DNA of 32,318 bases, from positions 1 through 32,318 of the forward strand of contig CAZBPC010000032.1 in NCBI GenBank assembly GCA_964493715.1. Direction: 5' to 3'. Below the pieces are notes generated by a model that was not told the origin of the DNA, made no database searches, and saw only the letters and a program-made list of their open reading frames with translations. The stretch is from an uncultured archaeon (GTDB lineage Archaea > Asgardarchaeota > Lokiarchaeia > Sigyniarchaeales > SOKP01). Shown here piece after piece: positions 19,877-27,848 of the stretch. The position numbers and the translations under genes are program-made. The number at the start of each line of letters is the position of its first letter. Position 1 is the first letter of the stretch.

Positions 19877-20278
19877 ATGGCAATTTGGTATACCAAGACC
19901 CATCAATGGTATAATGATGGAACGGGTGAAGTTGGAATTACCCCTTTTGCTGCTGAACAATTGGGCGAAATTTCATTTGTTGATGTAGAGGCACTTGAAG
20001 GATCAACTGTTGAACAAGTCAAGTTAGATGGGAATGAACCAACAAGTGATCCATTAGATTGTACTGTAGAATCAAGTAAAGCTGTTGGGGATATTTATAG
20101 CCCCGTTTCTGGAGCCGTTACTGCTGTCAATTCTGATTTAATGGATGAGCCAGAAAAAATCAACGAAGATCCTTTCTCAGCATGGCTATTTAAGGTTGAT
20201 GCTTCTAATTTTAACGCTGAAAAGGCTAATTTATTAGACAAAGATGCATATGATAAATATATAGCATCACTTTCGTAA
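19877..20278 (+). CDS. gcvH: Glycine cleavage system H protein (lipoyl carrier)
   Basis: YT..H.W, VGIT.FA..QLG, lipoyl-lysine motif VESSKAV.DIYSPVSG, N..L...PE.IN.DP...W; AGGAG at 19861-19865 upstream and a T-tract downstream. Confidence 0.92.
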   Translation: MAIWYTKTHQWYNDGTGEVGITPFAAEQLGEISFVDVEALEGSTVEQVKLDGNEPTSDPLDCTVESSKAVGDIYSPVSGAVTAVNSDLMDEPEKINEDPFSAWLFKVDASNFNAEKANLLDKDAYDKYIASLS

Positions 20279-20394
20279 GTCTACCAGAAATTATTAGCTA
20301 ATCCTTTAATTTTCTCTTTTTTTTTATTTTGAATTGAAATCCTTAATTAAATTAAGAATTACAAATAAAATCAGGATAATGAAAAACTCTTTCT

Positions 20395-20925
20395 TTAAAC
20401 ATTTCCAAAGAGTTTTTGTCCTAATTTTATGGAAATCATTGCTTGCAAAGCAGTATAAGAGATTAAAATTAACACAATCCCAATGGCAAGAATCCTAACA
20501 GCGATCTTTTTATTATATACGTGTTTAGAGGCTTGATATAAGAAGACAAAACCTATAGAACATAGAAAAATGAATATAGAAGCAACGATTGATTCTACTA
20601 TGAAAGCGTCATGAATAGAAGGATATAGAAATAAAGGATTACCTTGACTATCACCTCCCATTGCTGGAGGTTTGGTATATATAAGATACACAATTCCTGT
20701 TTGAAGGAGAAATAATATGATATATATAGATATGACTGCTATTGATTTTCCCGGTAATGGCATATCCATTTGTGGAAGTGACATATCAGGAAATCTTATT
20801 TTAGGTTTTCTTAAAGTTTTTCCGAAAACCCAAGGGGTTTTGCTCTTTACTCGTTCAAAAACCGTTTCTGATCCACTGAAGTCTTCCTTTTTTATTTTAA
20901 CTTTGTCCTGTACTTCTTTTTCCAT
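20395..20925 (-). CDS. OSTC/DC2 (OST3/OST6 membrane domain)-like oligosaccharyltransferase accessory subunit
   Basis: 3 TM segments with LP....V......F....GI.Y.I...PP.MG...G.P.F.......FI.E.I.AS......S.GF..L and terminal M..KL, resembling eukaryotic OSTC from memory. Confidence 0.7.
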   Translation of the reverse strand: MEKEVQDKVKIKKEDFSGSETVFERVKSKTPWVFGKTLRKPKIRFPDMSLPQMDMPLPGKSIAVISIYIILFLLQTGIVYLIYTKPPAMGGDSQGNPLFLYPSIHDAFIVESIVASIFIFLCSIGFVFLYQASKHVYNKKIAVRILAIGIVLILISYTALQAMISIKLGQKLFGNV

Positions 20926-21013
20926 GGTTTTATTTTAAATGTAATTACCTTCTAATTTATAAAATTTGATCAGATTAAAATATTTTTTTATCAGAAATTA
21001 AAAATCAAGATAT

Positions 21014-22519
21014 TCATTTCAATTTCTTTAATAAAATTATTAAAAATTTCCAGATTTTTTCCACAGATCGTATATTCAATCGTTCGTCAGGAGAATGTCC
21101 TCCCTTTATATTTGGGCCAATTGAAATCATTTGCATATTAGGGTAATATTTCGAGAAATAAGCACATTCCAAACCAGCATGAATTGCTTTGATATGTACT
21201 TCTTGGTCAAATAATTCTCTATATATTTCTCTTGCTTCAGAGGTTAATTTTGAACTAAAATCTGGATCCCAGCTTGGATAATCCGTTACAATTGTTAAAT
21301 CTTTGTCAAAATTAAAAATGTTGAATAATGTGATTATTTTTTCAAAAATCACTTCCTTACAATATTCAGTCAAGCTTCGAGTACTTATTTTGATTTTAAT
21401 TGAATTAGGTTTTGTTTTAACAACAGCGAAATTATCTGAAGTATGTACTAGTTCTGGAATTTTTGGATGTATAGATAAAGGACCATTAGGCATTAAGTAG
21501 AATAAATCAAGCAATTTATCTTTTAAATCATTCTCTAAAACAAGGTGGTTTAATTTCTCTGGATCTTCCTTACAAATAATCATCAAATTCGAATCAATCC
21601 CTTCATATAAGGATTTTATTTTAGGCTTGTAGAATTCAATTTTTTCCATAATTTCCCGAAATTCTTCTTTTTTAACATAAAAAATAGCATGTGCCTCTCG
21701 GGGAATTGCATTTGTTAAATTTCCTCCGGTTATAACCCCTACATATATTGTATATTCTTTATTTAGCTTCCACATTATCTCTGCGAGAATTTTATTTGCA
21801 TTCCCTCTTCTTTTAATAATGTCTGTTCCAGAATGCCCTCCTATTAAACCCATTACATCTAATCTTATTAGAATAATTTGATCCTTCATTTTCTCAACCG
21901 AAACGCGTTTGTCTTTGATTTCAACCTTGAAGACTCGCCCACCAGCACAACCAATGGTAAATTCGTCATCTTGCTCAGAATCAAGGTTTATTAAATATTT
22001 ACCTTTAATGAGATTCAAATCCATCTTTGAAGCCCCCGAAAGCCCTCTTTCTTCATCAACAGTAAATAACAAATCCAAGTGTAACGTTCCAAGGTTCAAC
22101 TGACCATTATATATTCTCTTCATGATTGCTAATTGATAAGCTATGCCTACTCCATTATCTGCTCCAAGAGTTGTACCTTCAGCGGTTAACCATTTTTCAT
22201 CGTCAATAGCTATCAAATTTAGTCTTAATGGATCTTTTGCAAAATCATGATCGATCTCATCGTTTTTTTCGCATACCATATCCATATGGCTTTGCAAGAC
22301 TACTCTTAATGGCTCACCTTCCGTCTTTGTTTGAGGAGGAACTCTTACAACAATATTTCCAATTTGATCTGTCTGATGTTCAAATTTAAACTTTAAAGCT
22401 TCTTCTTTAATAAAGGCTCTAATCAACTCTTCTTTTCTGGAACACCGAGGTATTTTAGAAATTTGAAATAAATAATCCCAAAATTCTTGGGGTTCACCTA
22501 AATCCTTCAAATTCTCCAT
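21014..22519 (-). CDS. pepD: Aminoacyl-histidine / Cys-Gly dipeptidase PepD (M20C)
   Basis: LQSHMDMVCEKN, GTTLGADNG.G, FTVDEE.GL.GA, INLDSE, GGHSG, IHAGLEC, GHSPDE. Confidence 0.95.
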   Translation of the reverse strand: MENLKDLGEPQEFWDYLFQISKIPRCSRKEELIRAFIKEEALKFKFEHQTDQIGNIVVRVPPQTKTEGEPLRVVLQSHMDMVCEKNDEIDHDFAKDPLRLNLIAIDDEKWLTAEGTTLGADNGVGIAYQLAIMKRIYNGQLNLGTLHLDLLFTVDEERGLSGASKMDLNLIKGKYLINLDSEQDDEFTIGCAGGRVFKVEIKDKRVSVEKMKDQIILIRLDVMGLIGGHSGTDIIKRRGNANKILAEIMWKLNKEYTIYVGVITGGNLTNAIPREAHAIFYVKKEEFREIMEKIEFYKPKIKSLYEGIDSNLMIICKEDPEKLNHLVLENDLKDKLLDLFYLMPNGPLSIHPKIPELVHTSDNFAVVKTKPNSIKIKISTRSLTEYCKEVIFEKIITLFNIFNFDKDLTIVTDYPSWDPDFSSKLTSEAREIYRELFDQEVHIKAIHAGLECAYFSKYYPNMQMISIGPNIKGGHSPDERLNIRSVEKIWKFLIILLKKLK

Positions 22520-22616
22520 TATAATCCCATCTATGAAAATATAAATATGAATTATGTTTTATTACTTATAAAAATAGCATCAAATTAACAAAATTTCAAA
22601 TTTAAGCGAATTTAAA

Positions 22617-23741
22617 ATGAGTAGTTGGAAAGATTTGTATTCGGAAGTTAAAAAACGCAAGATGGAAGCACTGGATAAAAAAGAAGTAGTAAATGCAGTT
22701 GAAAAATATGGAAAAATTCTTGCTATTAAGGGTCGATATGAAAAACCAGAGAAAGTTGTTGATCACATGTATGCTGCTAAACATGATACCATTAGACCAC
22801 ATGATATTATGAAATATAATCTAAATGATTATGATGTGGTACTAATTGGGTGTCCTGGTGATGAGATTCCTCATTCCGCATTTCCAAAGATAAGCGAATA
22901 CGTGAATTTAAATGGAGGATGGGTACTAACCACTGATTGGGCGATAAAGCATATTATTGAAGTAATTTTTCCAGGATTCATTAGATGGAATGGTGACAAA
23001 ACAGCGGATGCTGTGGTAAGCTGTCAAATTCTAGAACCGAATCACCCATTTCTTGAAGGGGTTTTAACAGAAATCCAACAAGACAAATGGACAGCAAAAA
23101 CAACAGGGAATACAAAGAAATCCGAGTTTCGGTGGTGGTTGGAAAACCGTAGTTTTCCCATTCAAATTCTGAACCCCACCGCAGTCACTGTTCTAATTGA
23201 CTCTTGGGAAATAAAGAAAAAGTGGGGAGAATCTCCTGTTTTATGTTATTTTGATTATGGAAAAACCGGTGGTCGTATCATTCATTTAATTTCTCACACG
23301 CATTTACAAAAAGGTGGTCAAAAAGGAAAATATGCCTCAGCTTTAATAATGACAAACATCCTTGATGAAAAAGTCTCCAGAAAAATGGGGTTATCAAAGA
23401 AACCCGTATCAGGTTATGTCTCAAATTGGGAAGAAACCCCCTCTCAATCATACGCCGATCCAAGTACACCATGGCAATCTCCTGATGAACAAAACCAATT
23501 TGTAACGCCTTCTGTTTCAGAATTTGGATTAACTGGGACAGCTCAAATTATTGAAGTCGACGTCAACGATACCAACTTTTCATATGCTAGTAAATGTACT
23601 TATTGTAATTATGATTTTACTGATTATAGCGGGAAAATATATAAATGTCAAGCTTGCGGTGCTTATTATCATGAAAATTGCATGAACATCCAAATCAATG
23701 AAGGAATATGCAAAAACTGTGGAAAAATCCTTCTTTGGTAG
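22617..23741 (+). CDS. Class I GATase-like (GIFT/DUF4159-like) domain fused via an S/P/T-rich linker to a C-terminal C4HC3 RING/PHD-like finger
   Basis: L..YDVVLIGCPG...EYV..NGG.VLTTDW flavodoxin-like pattern; C-x2-C-x13-C-x2-C-x4-H-x2-C-x9-C-x2-C starting at 23595. Confidence 0.6.
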   Translation: MSSWKDLYSEVKKRKMEALDKKEVVNAVEKYGKILAIKGRYEKPEKVVDHMYAAKHDTIRPHDIMKYNLNDYDVVLIGCPGDEIPHSAFPKISEYVNLNGGWVLTTDWAIKHIIEVIFPGFIRWNGDKTADAVVSCQILEPNHPFLEGVLTEIQQDKWTAKTTGNTKKSEFRWWLENRSFPIQILNPTAVTVLIDSWEIKKKWGESPVLCYFDYGKTGGRIIHLISHTHLQKGGQKGKYASALIMTNILDEKVSRKMGLSKKPVSGYVSNWEETPSQSYADPSTPWQSPDEQNQFVTPSVSEFGLTGTAQIIEVDVNDTNFSYASKCTYCNYDFTDYSGKIYKCQACGAYYHENCMNIQINEGICKNCGKILLW

Positions 23742-23798
23742 AATTTTAATAGTATTATCCTAATATATTTTTAGGAAATATCTGAAATTATACAAAAA

Positions 23799-23822
23799 TT
23801 CGTGAAAGGGAGGTTTCACGAA
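23799..23822 (-). terminator. Perfect 9-bp inverted repeat between convergent genes, followed by a T-run on the minus strand
   Basis: TTCGTGAAA-GGGAGG-TTTCACGAA; the minus strand continues TTTTTGTA. Confidence 0.5.
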
Positions 23823-23907
23823 CAAATTTAATTTTAAATCCTATCTTATAGTAAAAAAAAAACCGAAAAAAAAAATATAAAAGAAATAATCGTGCTTTTT
23901 GATTTAT

Positions 23908-24114
23908 TTAATCTTCCGTGATTGTAATAGCTTCTTCAGGACATTGAGTTTCACAAGCTCTACATCCTACGCAATCTTCTCTATTTTCCTCAAGCACGTT
24001 GACTTTACCGCCTTCAGGTTCTCCAAAGCATTCGCTTGGACATACTTCATAACAAGTTCCACAACCGCTACAAGCATCCTTGTCGATTTCTATTCCAAAG
24101 CTCATTTTTTTCAC
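23908..24114 (-). CDS. 2x[4Fe-4S] ferredoxin
   Basis: CSGCGTC...CP and CVGCRAC...CP; small and acidic. Confidence 0.93.
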   Translation of the reverse strand: MKKMSFGIEIDKDACSGCGTCYEVCPSECFGEPEGGKVNVLEENREDCVGCRACETQCPEEAITITED

Positions 24115-24284
24115 TTATCACATTCTGTTTATTTTCATTACTAGAATGATTAGTAATATTCAGAATTATGTAAAAGATTTAAATTTCTTTCTTATTATGA
24201 TTTGAATTAATCGATATTTTGCTTAATGAGTAAAATTTTAATAATAATATTAATAATAAAGAAAAAAAATAAAATTTTGAATTG

Positions 24285-24785
24285 CTATTTTTTTAATACT
24301 TTGGAAAATGGTTTGAAATTAGGATCTTGATTTTTAATAGCTATAAACAATAAAATAGCTGTTAATAAACCACCAATCACGCCTCCATAAAATCCTGAGT
24401 CAAACCACCACCAAGCTTCTTCAATTTCTAAAGAAATACCAAAAATCAAACCTTCTAGAATTGAAAGGATTAAAACAATAAAAGAAGCATAAAATGCATA
24501 ATTTAGATATTTATTAGATGATATTTTATCGGGGAATCTTAAAGCTTGAATGCAGATAAAGGTACAAAAGAGTAGGAGAAATCCAGATATTGTTATTGGT
24601 ATACTATAAATGCTATTCCATGCATCTAGACCACCATAAATATACACTCCAAGATAATAATTTGACCCATTCCACCCACCAAAATCCAAAGCAAGAAGTA
24701 ATATTCCACCAACCGCGCTAGTTATTAAAGATCCAACAAAATAGATTGATAAATTATCATTTCTTTCTGATGACATTGTTATCAC
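24285..24785 (-). CDS. Hypothetical 4-TM membrane protein
   Basis: Four hydrophobic helices, G/W/Y-rich first loop, WWWFDSGFYGG before TM4. Confidence 0.7.
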   Translation of the reverse strand: MITMSSERNDNLSIYFVGSLITSAVGGILLLALDFGGWNGSNYYLGVYIYGGLDAWNSIYSIPITISGFLLLFCTFICIQALRFPDKISSNKYLNYAFYASFIVLILSILEGLIFGISLEIEEAWWWFDSGFYGGVIGGLLTAILLFIAIKNQDPNFKPFSKVLKK

Positions 24786-24895
24786 TATATATTTTTAAAT
24801 TATAGTTAGGTTTTAAAGGTAAATAAATTGTTTTCTTTTTAATTATTATTGCAAATAGTATTTATAAATATACAATAAAGGTCAATTGATTTATA

Positions 24896-26014
24896 TTGAG
24901 AATTCGAAAGATTTGGGATTATAAAATTATAGGTCAATTTTTAGGATTAGAAATCGGAGATTACACCTTTAATAATAAACAAGAAATTATGGCTTTTAGC
25001 AAATCAGGTAAAATCTACACATTCTCTTTAGATGGTAAATTATTGTTCGATGTTGAAATAACTGAAAATTCTCCTATTTGGAAAATTATAATTGATGAAG
25101 TAGATGAAAATTGTGTTCAAAAAGTAATAATTGGTGGATTAGATGGATTGTTAAGAATCTTTGATCTAAATGCCTCTTTAACGTTAGATCCAATATGGAT
25201 CCATAAATTTGGATCTTCAATCAGTGGTATATTACTAAAAGATATAAATGGAAATGGAAAAAAGGAAATTGTTGCTTATTCATTAGACAAGAGTCTAAGA
25301 GTTTTATCTTTACTTGATGGAGCATTGATTTGGGGTCAATTATTTGAGGATGGGATTAGTGATGCTATTTTTATCAAAGATGAGGATAATCAAGATGACA
25401 ATGTCATAGTTGCCGTGGGAAATGATGGAACAATTCGATCCTTTAATTGTATAAACGGAAATCTTCGTGGTTTTATGAAATTTACTGATAAGGTGAGGAC
25501 TCTAACATTATTTAACATTTCAGATAAACAAGTGATTGTATGTGGCGGAGATGATAAAACGGCACATTTTCTTGATAAGAATTTGAAACTTGAAATTGAC
25601 ACCTTGAAATTTAACGATCTTGTATGGAAATTGAAATTAATAAGATATATGAATGATAATTTTTTACTAATTTCAACCTATTCATTCGATTTTCTAGATA
25701 ACTCGATTCCTATTAATGAACGACAGTTTTCTTCAAAACTCACCTGTCTTGATAAAAATTTAGATGTTAAATGGGAATTAATTGACACTAACGTCGAAGT
25801 TATTGCTCCATACTTTTCTGAATCAATGAATTTCATCATCACGGGTACTACAAAAGGCGAGATTATCTTTTTAGATATCATTGAAGGCAAAATCTTAGCT
25901 ACTTATAATACAAATTCATGTGTTAATGATATAAAAACTGATTCCCACTCAAATTTTTTCGTTTCATGTCATGATGATGGGTCAATAAACGCGTATTTTA
26001 TTGATGATCTTTAA
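24896..26014 (+). CDS. Beta-propeller protein with FG-GAP/WD40-like blades (ITFG2/BBS2-like pattern), no signal peptide
   Basis: Repeats of about 45 aa: GDYTFNNKQEIMAFSKSGKIY, DEVDENCVQKVIIGGLDGLLRIF, DINGNGKKEIVAYSLDKSLRVL, DEDNQDDNVIVAVGNDGTIRSF, IVCGGDDKTAHF, FVSCHDDGSINAY. Confidence 0.8.
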   Translation: MRIRKIWDYKIIGQFLGLEIGDYTFNNKQEIMAFSKSGKIYTFSLDGKLLFDVEITENSPIWKIIIDEVDENCVQKVIIGGLDGLLRIFDLNASLTLDPIWIHKFGSSISGILLKDINGNGKKEIVAYSLDKSLRVLSLLDGALIWGQLFEDGISDAIFIKDEDNQDDNVIVAVGNDGTIRSFNCINGNLRGFMKFTDKVRTLTLFNISDKQVIVCGGDDKTAHFLDKNLKLEIDTLKFNDLVWKLKLIRYMNDNFLLISTYSFDFLDNSIPINERQFSSKLTCLDKNLDVKWELIDTNVEVIAPYFSESMNFIITGTTKGEIIFLDIIEGKILATYNTNSCVNDIKTDSHSNFFVSCHDDGSINAYFIDDL

Positions 26015-26048
26015 TTATTTCATGCAATTACCTAATTGAGGAAGACTC

Positions 26049-26798
26049 ATGTGTCGAATGTTTTTTCAATGTTCACCAGAACCTTTTCAGATTGACCTAG
26101 TATTCTTAAAAAAATTTGTAGCATCATGTCATCTGCACTACTTAAGGAGATATAATATCTATGGACGTCATAGATTGGGGTGGGGTTTTGCATACGTTCC
26201 TGAAAATAATGATAAAACCTTGATAATAAAAAGAGATATAACTCCAATTTACCATTCAGACTGGAAAAATCTATCAACCATCAAAACTAGATTTCTACTA
26301 GTTCACGCAAGAAAAACAAAACCATGGCATAAAAATTTTAAGAACATACATCCCATTAATATAGGCGAAAACTACTTAATTGTTCATAATGGCATCATTA
26401 AAAAATTCCCTTCAAGAAAATTAAGCGATACAAAACTTGAAAATATTATAAAATCGACTCAGCTTGATACAAGAATTTATTTATGTCATATAATTGATAG
26501 ACTTAAAACTGGTTATGATTTAAAGAGTGTTTTAGAATCTCTATTTCAAGAAATTAGTATAGGATCAAGCGCAAATGCTTTTCTCTTTAATTCACAAGAA
26601 TGTCATGTGATAACTCACCACAAAAACAATTATAAGGGCAGAAATCACACGCTTTTCATAAAAAAAGAAAATAACATCTTAAATGTTTGCACTACACCTA
26701 GTTTAAAATATGCCAGAGAAATTGAGAACAATTCCTTGATTAGTATAAATATAAATAATCTGAAATTAAAATTCGACAATTTAAATGCTCCGTATTAG
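26049..26798 (+). CDS. Class II (Ntn) glutamine amidotransferase-like protein (YafJ/EgtC/Dug3 type)
   Basis: N-terminal M-C-R-M-F with nucleophile Cys, H..GWG, LVHARK, N.HP, HNG.I oxyanion motif. Confidence 0.85.
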   Translation: MCRMFFQCSPEPFQIDLVFLKKFVASCHLHYLRRYNIYGRHRLGWGFAYVPENNDKTLIIKRDITPIYHSDWKNLSTIKTRFLLVHARKTKPWHKNFKNIHPINIGENYLIVHNGIIKKFPSRKLSDTKLENIIKSTQLDTRIYLCHIIDRLKTGYDLKSVLESLFQEISIGSSANAFLFNSQECHVITHHKNNYKGRNHTLFIKKENNILNVCTTPSLKYAREIENNSLISININNLKLKFDNLNAPY

Positions 26799-26868
26799 AT
26801 TCAATAATTTCAGAATAATATCGGGGTATAAATAATTCAATCAATAAAAATGGTGACTGATGCATTGA

Positions 26869-27843
26869 ATGAGAAAAATGAAGTCAATTTCATGGTTTTT
26901 AGTAATCTCTTATTTTGATCAAGTAATAGGTCCCTCAATTCTCTATTGTAATAAAGAACTTAATGAAATTAAGCATATCGAATTAAATAAACTCCTAGAT
27001 TTTAATTCCCGGGAAAATTGTATCATTTTAGCTAATGATAAATATCAAACAATTAATTACAGCTTTTTAATTAAATCAGAGGAAGCCAGGGGAGGTTTTG
27101 AACAAATACTCCTCTCTTACATCATTAAGGAGGAGGATATCAAAGTCGAATATCTTGATATCTTTAAATTTTTAAAATCAAAACAGCCTATCCTCCAAAA
27201 TCTAGCTAATGAGCTAAAAAAATTGAGATGGTTGCCAAAACTATTAACTATAAAAAATAAACCGTCTGACACAAGTATTATAAAGATGACCTCCCAAAGA
27301 GATCAATATAACTTTCTGGGATTATATAATAAGTATTGCAACTTATTGTTTCCAGAAGTTACTCGATTTGAAAATGAAGAATGGCAAGGGATAATGGTCG
27401 AATGTCCCTATTGCAATAAACAAAGGAAAATCAAAATCCCTCTTAGCAAAATAAATAAAAATTCTGAATTAACAAGCATATTAATACCAAAATTTAAAGT
27501 GTGTGAACATTCCTTTCTATTTTTAGTAAATAGTGCATTAACTCCGATAAAATATGAATACATCGATATTATCGTTTCTGACATTGAAACAGAGGATTTG
27601 GATATACAAGAGATTGATTTACTACTAGCTGAAAATATTCATGAATATTTGAAAAAGATAGGAATAAATACACCACTAATTCCAAGAAAATTAATTAAAT
27701 ATCTTTATAATATATTGAATTTAAAAGTTAACAAGAGTTACCTATACTATTTATGTGAGATTGTCAAAGAATATTTTAATATAGAGATCATTTGGACAAA
27801 AACACAAGTTTTAGACGAATTAGAGGAATTATGGGGCTATTAA
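26869..27843 (+). CDS. Longin/uDENN-like domain + CxxC...CxH zinc domain + helical tail
   Basis: N-terminal ISYFDQVIGP (uDENN F-D-x-x-x-G-P), beta-beta-alpha-beta-beta-beta-alpha-alpha pattern, loop FLIKSEEARGG; later CPYC...IP...CEHSF. Confidence 0.7.
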   Translation: MRKMKSISWFLVISYFDQVIGPSILYCNKELNEIKHIELNKLLDFNSRENCIILANDKYQTINYSFLIKSEEARGGFEQILLSYIIKEEDIKVEYLDIFKFLKSKQPILQNLANELKKLRWLPKLLTIKNKPSDTSIIKMTSQRDQYNFLGLYNKYCNLLFPEVTRFENEEWQGIMVECPYCNKQRKIKIPLSKINKNSELTSILIPKFKVCEHSFLFLVNSALTPIKYEYIDIIVSDIETEDLDIQEIDLLLAENIHEYLKKIGINTPLIPRKLIKYLYNILNLKVNKSYLYYLCEIVKEYFNIEIIWTKTQVLDELEELWGY

Positions 27844-27848
27844 AAAAG

